This document shows, piece by piece, positions 57,803 to 64,000 of a DNA stretch of 64,000 nucleotides. Under the pieces are notes generated by a model, which saw only the letters and a program-made list of their open reading frames with translations, was not told where the DNA came from and made no database searches. The position numbers and the translations under genes are program-made. Each line of letters starts with the position of its first letter. Positions within the stretch are counted from its first letter, which is position 1. Source of the stretch: a virus; the IMG/VR virus record IMGVR_UViG_3300021963_000080, positions 22,562-86,561 of that record, one strand, 5' to 3'.

Positions 57803-58647
57803 TGGGAATAAGAACTAGAACAATTGCTGCCCAAGTTGCAAATTCGTTTTCGAATGCAACTAATACTCAGACGTTGACACCAACAGCTAACGTTACATTT
57901 GAGAAGTTAACATCAAACACTTCTATTATCACGACCGCCAACGCAACGACAATTAATGCTGGAAGCATTGGGGTGAGCGGTAACTTAGCTGTCAATAGTG
58001 CTGTAACAACTAATACGATGGAGGTTGGTGGTGTTGGTGGATATGGTACTGTAACTACAACACAATTTTCTAGTGTGTTTGCTAAAGCCAATGGATTCAA
58101 TGCCACTTCGCTAATGCAGGTCAAGGGCAACGACGGCACGGTTGGTATGGGTATGCGAGCCGTCACGGGTGGCACCAGCCTAATTTATTCGAACGGGCAG
58201 ATAGACTTTAGAGTTGGTTCAACTATTAGAGATTTGGATACCCCAACAGGTGGCACCACCTACATGACACTAGGTACCACTGGAGTATTAACATTATCAG
58301 CAAACGTCGTACTAGGCACAACAACAATTACAGCAAATGGTGGCGTTGGTACTGCAGGCCAAGTATTGACTTCAGGTGCAACCGGTAACGTATATTGGTC
58401 TACTGTTGCTACGACATTAGATGCTGTATTAGGAATTGGTAACACAACAACAAAAGCATTAACTACTGGTACGTTAACTGTTAATGGTGCAATCAGAACA
58501 ACAACAGCATTTATTGAAAATGCAACGGCAGTAACAGCAGATTATACAATAACTGCAAATACCAATGCAATGACTGCTGGTCCAATATCAATTGCAAATA
58601 CAGCAACAGTAACAATACCTTCTGATTCTAATTGGATTATTCTATGA
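57802..58647 (+). CDS. Tail fibre protein
   Basis: Thr/Gly-rich; C-terminal F.EN...V..DYTI...NAM.AGPI. Confidence 0.8.
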   Translation: MGIRTRTIAAQVANSFSNATNTQTLTPTANVTFEKLTSNTSIITTANATTINAGSIGVSGNLAVNSAVTTNTMEVGGVGGYGTVTTTQFSSVFAKANGFNATSLMQVKGNDGTVGMGMRAVTGGTSLIYSNGQIDFRVGSTIRDLDTPTGGTTYMTLGTTGVLTLSANVVLGTTTITANGGVGTAGQVLTSGATGNVYWSTVATTLDAVLGIGNTTTKALTTGTLTVNGAIRTTTAFIENATAVTADYTITANTNAMTAGPISIANTATVTIPSDSNWIIL

Positions 58648-59201
58648 CAGTTACTATTAGCGGAAACGGAGCATTTAGCGGTGCTAGTTTTGTATCAAAC
58701 AATATTTCTGATTACGCTATAACAACAGCTCATTTAGCCAATAGTTCTGTTACTATTCCTAAGATAGGATATGCTGGAGCTTTATTACAAGTAGTTAGTG
58801 GTGGGGGAGGTAGTGTAACGGTAACGACAGCATATAATAACGCATCTTTGTCGCCAATACATCAGCTATCCATTACAGCAGTATCATCGACTTCTAAATT
58901 CTTAGTAACATGGACTGCTCAATGCGGTCAGCTTGGACCATATAGAAGTCAATTGTTGTTATCAAAGAACTGGGTTAACGGTACAGCTGCCATTGATGGT
59001 AATTACATATGGTATGATCACTATGGCATGTATATCGATACCTCTATGACATCAAGACATCCAGGAGGGTTTACGTATCTAGATACAGGATCCTTGACTG
59101 CTGGAACATCTAGAACGTACTATGTATTTGGAGGAACTATTGGTGGGGGAAGTCAGACGTTCACTACCCAAAATTTAACTATTATGGAAATTGCTGGATA
59201 A
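58644..59201 (+). CDS. Tail fibre tip/receptor-binding module
   Basis: G.LLQVV...S.FLV...ends IMEIAG. Confidence 0.75.
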   Translation: MTVTISGNGAFSGASFVSNNISDYAITTAHLANSSVTIPKIGYAGALLQVVSGGGGSVTVTTAYNNASLSPIHQLSITAVSSTSKFLVTWTAQCGQLGPYRSQLLLSKNWVNGTAAIDGNYIWYDHYGMYIDTSMTSRHPGGFTYLDTGSLTAGTSRTYYVFGGTIGGGSQTFTTQNLTIMEIAG

Positions 59202-59208
59202 TATTAAA

Positions 59209-59520
59209 ATGGATCTTACAAAAGCTATTTTATCTTTAAGACCTGGAGCTCAGTGGATGCTACGGGATGAACATTATGCTGGTCTTGAGTGGACAGATAC
59301 TGAACAAACAAAGCCAACTGAAGCTGAGGTTACTGCTGAGGTGGCTCGCCTTCAAGCTGAATATGATGCTAACGAATATCAACGTCTTCGTAAACCAGAA
59401 TATCCACCATTAGCAGATCTTGCTGATGCAATATATTGGGCAGCCAAAGGCGACAATACTAAGCTAGATAATTATTATGCTGCTTGTGAAGCAGTGAAAT
59501 TAAAATACCCAAAGAGTTGA
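59209..59520 (+). CDS. Tail fibre assembly chaperone (XkdW-like)
   Basis: AI.SLRPGA.W, KPTEAE, YQR.R..EYP, VK.KYPK. Confidence 0.8.
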   Translation: MDLTKAILSLRPGAQWMLRDEHYAGLEWTDTEQTKPTEAEVTAEVARLQAEYDANEYQRLRKPEYPPLADLADAIYWAAKGDNTKLDNYYAACEAVKLKYPKS

Positions 59521-59523
59521 TAA

Positions 59524-60093
59524 ATGCCAGTTAAATTAAATTCAAGCGGAGGCGGTTCAGTAACGATAGATGTGCCAAGCACAGCTAGTGCATATACTTT
59601 GACTGCTCCTGCTGCTACAGCAACATTGATTACAACAGGGTCAAGTGGTCAGATTATACCTAAGGCTGCCTTACCGACAGGCTCTATTTTGCAAATTACG
59701 CAAGGAACGTATCAGGGGGCAACGTCAACTACGTCTGCTAGTTTCCAAACAACAAACCTAACTGGAAGCATTACTCCTCTTTATTCAACAAGCAGAATAT
59801 ATGTTATAGCTACTGGAGCTGCCAAAGTTCAATCAGGCACAACCAATTGTATTACTCTTTACAGAAATGGCTCAAACGTCGTACCTCAGCACCTTTTACA
59901 ACATTCAGCTGCAGGGGATTATATTCCAATAACACTACAATATTTGGACAGTCCAGGAAGTACGTCTGCTGTAACATACACTGTTTATTTTAGATCTGCA
60001 GCAGGCAGTGCTTCTTACACATCAGCATTTGGGGGAGATAGTTACAGCGCTTACCCTCTTATGATAATTACTATGATGGAGATTGCGGGATGA
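59524..60093 (+). CDS. Tail fibre tip module, paralog of 58644
   Basis: LPTGSILQ, ITP..STS, LDSP.STSAVTY, ends MEIAG. Confidence 0.8.
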   Translation: MPVKLNSSGGGSVTIDVPSTASAYTLTAPAATATLITTGSSGQIIPKAALPTGSILQITQGTYQGATSTTSASFQTTNLTGSITPLYSTSRIYVIATGAAKVQSGTTNCITLYRNGSNVVPQHLLQHSAAGDYIPITLQYLDSPGSTSAVTYTVYFRSAAGSASYTSAFGGDSYSAYPLMIITMMEIAG

Positions 60094-60350
60094 ACAAACA
60101 CGAAGCAATTTATAAAACTAATCCTACTGTTGTCACTATCCGTGGCGATGAAGCATTTGACGTTAATGACAACGCAGTCGTTTATGACAAGGCGACAGTC
60201 CAAGCATACATGGATTCGCATGCTTACAAACAACAACGAGCAGCTGAGTATCCTTCCTATGCTGATCAGTTCGATACAATATTTCACCAAGGGCTTGACG
60301 TATGGAAAGCTCAAATTCAAGCAATCAAAGACAAGTATCCTAAAAATTAA
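60090..60350 (+). CDS. Tail fibre chaperone, paralog of 59209
   Basis: Y...R..EYPS..DQ.D, IKDKYPK. Confidence 0.8.
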   Translation: MNKHEAIYKTNPTVVTIRGDEAFDVNDNAVVYDKATVQAYMDSHAYKQQRAAEYPSYADQFDTIFHQGLDVWKAQIQAIKDKYPKN

Positions 60351-60352
60351 TT

Positions 60353-61495
60353 ATGCCAATATCAGTTAACGGTGCAAACGGCATCACATTCGCAGACGGT
60401 AGTATCCAGAACACTGGAGCATCGGGCTTTGGGTTTAAGAATCGTATTATTAATGGTGCAATGGTAATTGACCAGCGTAATGCTGGTGCTAGTACAAACA
60501 ATGCTGGCAGTGCTACAACATATTCATTAGATAGATGGGCTTATTATGGTCCTAGTTCTTCTAAATTTTCTATTCAACAATCTTCTACTGCTCCTGTTGA
60601 TTTTGTTAATTCTTTGCTAATAACTTCTTTAGCTGCTACAAGCATGTCAGCAAGCACTCAATATCTTTTGAGGCAAGCTATTGAAGGTTATAACATAGCT
60701 GATCTGAACTGGGGTTCAGCTAACGCTAAGAATGTAACATTGTCTTTCTGGGTTCGCTCAAGTTTAACAGGGGCATTTGGCGGTTCTATTACTAATGGCG
60801 ATGTAAATCGCTCTTACCCTTTTAGTTACACCATTTCTTCAGCAAATACATGGGAGCAAAAATCAGTAACTATTACTGGTCCTACTAGTGGAACTTGGAA
60901 TACAGCGAACGGGACAGGGTTACGGTTGTATTTTGCTTTAGGTGCAGGCTCAGATTATAACGGAACTGCTGGCGCATGGGCTACTGTTAGCGATGTTACA
61001 TACCCAACTGGCTCGACAAATATTCTTGGAACAAACGGGGCCACATTCTACATTACTGGCGTCCAGTTAGAAAAAGGTTCTACAGCAACAGCTTTCGATT
61101 ATAGAGATTTTGGTCGTGAGTTCATAATGTGTCAAAGGTACTATCAAAGATGTTGGGACTATGGGACTGCAACGGGGACAGTTGTTGCAGGACCTGTCGG
61201 AGGGACTTGGCAATATAACCAATATTCTTTTTTCTTAGGAACTGGAAATTATGGAATAAACTGCGGTACGCCGTTTCCAACAGTTATGAGGGCAACTCCA
61301 ACTATAACAATATATTCTGCTGCGAACGGAACAGCAGGAAGTGTTACTCCTTGGAATAGTAGTGATTATTCTATTACTAGCAATGGTGGGTTTGTAAACG
61401 CAAGCACGACTAGAATCACTGGGGCATCATATAACAACGGAACTACAGCAGGACTGGTATATGCTTTCTATTGGACTGCTGCAGCGGAGCTATAA
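60353..61495 (+). CDS. Tail fibre protein with carbohydrate-binding-like domain
   Basis: KNRIINGAM.IDQR, DRW, TLSFWV, TGVQLEKGS.AT.F, CQRYY, MR.TP. Confidence 0.85.
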   Translation: MPISVNGANGITFADGSIQNTGASGFGFKNRIINGAMVIDQRNAGASTNNAGSATTYSLDRWAYYGPSSSKFSIQQSSTAPVDFVNSLLITSLAATSMSASTQYLLRQAIEGYNIADLNWGSANAKNVTLSFWVRSSLTGAFGGSITNGDVNRSYPFSYTISSANTWEQKSVTITGPTSGTWNTANGTGLRLYFALGAGSDYNGTAGAWATVSDVTYPTGSTNILGTNGATFYITGVQLEKGSTATAFDYRDFGREFIMCQRYYQRCWDYGTATGTVVAGPVGGTWQYNQYSFFLGTGNYGINCGTPFPTVMRATPTITIYSAANGTAGSVTPWNSSDYSITSNGGFVNASTTRITGASYNNGTTAGLVYAFYWTAAAEL

Positions 61496-61657
61496 ATGTA
61501 TAAATTAACTTACGATAAAGAATTAAATAAAGTAGCCAATGTAGTTATTCGTATTGAAGATCAAGCATTTATTCCGTTTGACCCCGACAACACAGACTAC
61601 CAACAATACCTAAAATGGCTTGCTGAAGGCAACGAGCCATTACCAGCGGACGAATAA
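61496..61657 (+). CDS. Small tail fibre chaperone (not in ORF track)
   Basis: FIPFDPDNTDYQQYLKWLAEGNEP. Confidence 0.85.
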   Translation: MYKLTYDKELNKVANVVIRIEDQAFIPFDPDNTDYQQYLKWLAEGNEPLPADE

Positions 61658-61667
61658 ATAAAAAGAC

Positions 61668-62453
61668 ATGACACTCCAAGTAAATCTTAAACAATTAAAA
61701 GCTGATGGAGCTTCTAATAACTACGTTTTAACGTGGAGTAATACGTCCAACTCTTGGGTTACATCAAACGTATCTTCTGTTATTGTTTCTGGTAACTCTT
61801 CAGTTGCTGGTACGTTACAAATTGTTGATACAACATCGAACACATCAGCAACAATTGCTGCATCAGCAAATTCAGTTAAGTCTGCATACGATACGGCAGT
61901 CACAGCTCAGAACATGGCTGCAAATGCATATACAAATGCTGCTTCTGTTGCTGCAACTGCATATTCAAACGCTGTAACATATGCTGGTACAATTGCTGCG
62001 ACTGCTTACACGAATGCTGTTGCTTATGCGGCTGCAAACACATATGTAAACACGCAACTTGGTTTGAAGGCTGATTTAGCATCACCAACATTTACCGGAA
62101 CAATATCGGGGGTAAACCTATCGTTAACAGGAAACTTAACAGTATCCGGAACAACAACGTATCTTAACACAACTACGTTAAATATTGGCGATAATATTAT
62201 CACTTTAAATGCAGATCTAGGAGCAGTAGCACCTTCTGAGAATGCTGGTTTAGAAGTGATGCGTGGCACATCTGCAAATGTATCGTTTGTGTGGAATGAG
62301 ACAACAGATTATTGGAACATAGGTAATACAGCGATTACAGGACAATTACAAGCCAACACTGGTTTATTGTCAGCAAACACAATTCAATTTAATGATGGAT
62401 CTCAACAATCAACTTACATAGATCCCATTGCGATGTCTATAGCCTTGGGGTGA
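61668..62453 (+). CDS. Tail fibre-like protein
   Basis: GNLTVSGTTT, DNIITLN, ends AMSIALG. Confidence 0.8.
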   Translation: MTLQVNLKQLKADGASNNYVLTWSNTSNSWVTSNVSSVIVSGNSSVAGTLQIVDTTSNTSATIAASANSVKSAYDTAVTAQNMAANAYTNAASVAATAYSNAVTYAGTIAATAYTNAVAYAAANTYVNTQLGLKADLASPTFTGTISGVNLSLTGNLTVSGTTTYLNTTTLNIGDNIITLNADLGAVAPSENAGLEVMRGTSANVSFVWNETTDYWNIGNTAITGQLQANTGLLSANTIQFNDGSQQSTYIDPIAMSIALG

Positions 62454-62455
62454 TT

Positions 62456-63121
62456 ATGAAACGCAGCGGAATATATTCAATCACCAACAAGCTAACTGGT
62501 AAAACTTATATCGGTCAGTCTAACGATATCGATTATCGATTTAAGCGTCATAAAGATGTTGTTTTAAAGAATAAAAAACAATATTGTTATCATGTGCATA
62601 ATGCAATGCGCAAGCATGGAATAGATAATTTTGAATTTAAAGTTTTAGTGTTGGTTGAAGGCAAGGAAATGCTTAATTTATTAGAGACGCGTATTATTGC
62701 TGGATTTGGCACGCTAGCTCCAAAAGGTTATAATTTGGATACAGGTGGTTCAGTTAATCGCAAATACTCAGAATATAAAAGAAAAAAAATGGGTAAGTGG
62801 GTCAACCCTAATAAAGGTCAGAAGGTAGAAATTACTGAAGAAGAGCGTATTCGACGTCGTGAAAATATGATCAAGCAAAACAAATTGCGCGCTGGCGAAA
62901 AACGTACCGAAGAGCAAAAGCGTGCTCATTCGGAAAAAATGAAAGGTCGTGCTGCTTGGAATAAGGGAATGCCTTTATCAGAAGAGCAAAAAGCTAAGTT
63001 ACGGGCTACCGACAAATCATATAAACAAACAGAAGAATTTCAAACTAAACATAAAGCCGGCGTTGCTAAGTATTGGGAAAATTACCACAAGCAAAAACAG
63101 GCTGCTATAGCATTAGGATAA
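62456..63121 (+). mobile_element. Free-standing GIY-YIG (Seg-like) homing endonuclease with NUMOD3-like repeats
   Basis: SGIYSITN...YIGQS..R...H, GYNL, and .SEE.K.K repeats, WNKG. Confidence 0.88.
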
Positions 63122-63128
63122 ATAACAC

Positions 63129-63455
63129 ATGGCTTCTACATTCAAATCCTCAGTTGCAAAATCAGTCGGAACAAGTGCTAACTCAATCTACACTGTCCCG
63201 TCAGTTACTACGACTACCGTAATTGGTTGGAACCTTTGCAACACAACAACTAACCCAGTAACAGTTGATCTATACTTTACTCGTAGCTCTGTTGATTATT
63301 ATATCCTAAAAGGTTCTACTGTTCCTGTCGGCGGTGCGTTAGTTCCAGTTGGCGGAGAACAAAAATTAGTATTGCAAGCAGCTGATGTATTGAAAGTATT
63401 ATCAAGTGCTGCTACTTCAATCGATGCTACTGTATCTTATCTTGAGACGACGTAA
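63129..63455 (+). CDS. Conserved small virion protein
   Basis: MASTFK, YTVP...TT.IG..L.N, K.VL...D.LKV, S.LE. Confidence 0.85.
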   Translation: MASTFKSSVAKSVGTSANSIYTVPSVTTTTVIGWNLCNTTTNPVTVDLYFTRSSVDYYILKGSTVPVGGALVPVGGEQKLVLQAADVLKVLSSAATSIDATVSYLETT

Positions 63456-64000
63456 TGGCATACGTAGGCAATAGTCCAACCCAACAAAGTTTTACTGGAG
63501 GTGTTGACCAATATAATGGCAACAACTCTAATACTGTCTTTGGGTTAACAAGAACAATTAACACAGTATACGATATTGATGCTTATGTAGAGAACGTTTG
63601 GCAAAGACCAACGACTGGTTATACAGTATCTGCTAATACAATCACGTTTACTTCTGCTCCTCCTGCTGGATCAAATAACGTTGTAGTTGTTTATAGAAAC
63701 TTCTCTGCAACATCTATTATTCCTCAGCAAGGATCTGTTACTCATACAGCATTTGCTGCTAATGCAATTCCAGCTGCTCTAGGATACACTCCAGCAAACA
63801 AAGCCGGAGACACGTTTAGTGGAGCAGTGTCTGGTATTACTACATTAGCATCTGGTAACACTACAATAACTGGCTTCGCCAATGTATCTTCTACACTACA
63901 AGTTACAGGTAACACCACATTCTCGGATACTGTAACTGTTACCTCTTCCGGAACAACAAACGTTGCTATTACATCCACCAATGGTACTGGCAAGAAGTGG
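63455..64000 (+). CDS. Tail fibre protein (5' part, truncated)
   Basis: MAYVGNSP..., F.SAPP.G..N, GITTLASGNTTITGFANVSSTLQ; open to window end. Confidence 0.8.
   Translation, partial: MAYVGNSPTQQSFTGGVDQYNGNNSNTVFGLTRTINTVYDIDAYVENVWQRPTTGYTVSANTITFTSAPPAGSNNVVVVYRNFSATSIIPQQGSVTHTAFAANAIPAALGYTPANKAGDTFSGAVSGITTLASGNTTITGFANVSSTLQVTGNTTFSDTVTVTSSGTTNVAITSTNGTGKKW

Noticed and set aside
52269-61495. Diversity-generating retroelement acting on fibre tips
   Set aside because: No reverse transcriptase and no template/variable repeat pair differing at adenines seen in the window
62450-63128. Group I intron around the GIY-YIG gene
   Set aside because: No room for or sign of intron core elements; both flanking genes are intact

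Overview
The window is part of a large T4-like (Tevenvirinae-related) myophage genome, probably infecting a Gram-negative host. 1-9060 is an early region of small, mostly unknown ORFs driven by a repeated sigma70-type promoter (TTGACC-N17-GAC/TAAT). It also holds a ~430-nt densely structured non-coding stretch. 9130-9450 is a circularly permuted two-piece tmRNA. 9479-14175 encodes an outer-membrane beta-barrel, a SleB-type hydrolase, gp33, a cytidylyltransferase, gp59 and gp32. 14236-41543 is the tail/baseplate module (tape-measure-like protein with M23 domain, gp51/26, gp54-like, gp2, gp4, gp48, gp53, hub, gp5, PAAR, gp25, gp6, gp7, gp8, giant DUF4815-like protein). 41545-51669, embedded among tail-fibre genes, is a RiPP-like cluster: five radical SAM proteins, a DUF3050 heme-oxygenase-like protein and two small proteins sharing a helix-HxHxxxD repeat. 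51703-64000 is a tail-fibre array containing a GIY-YIG homing endonuclease. All calls come from motif recognition by eye; no searches were run.
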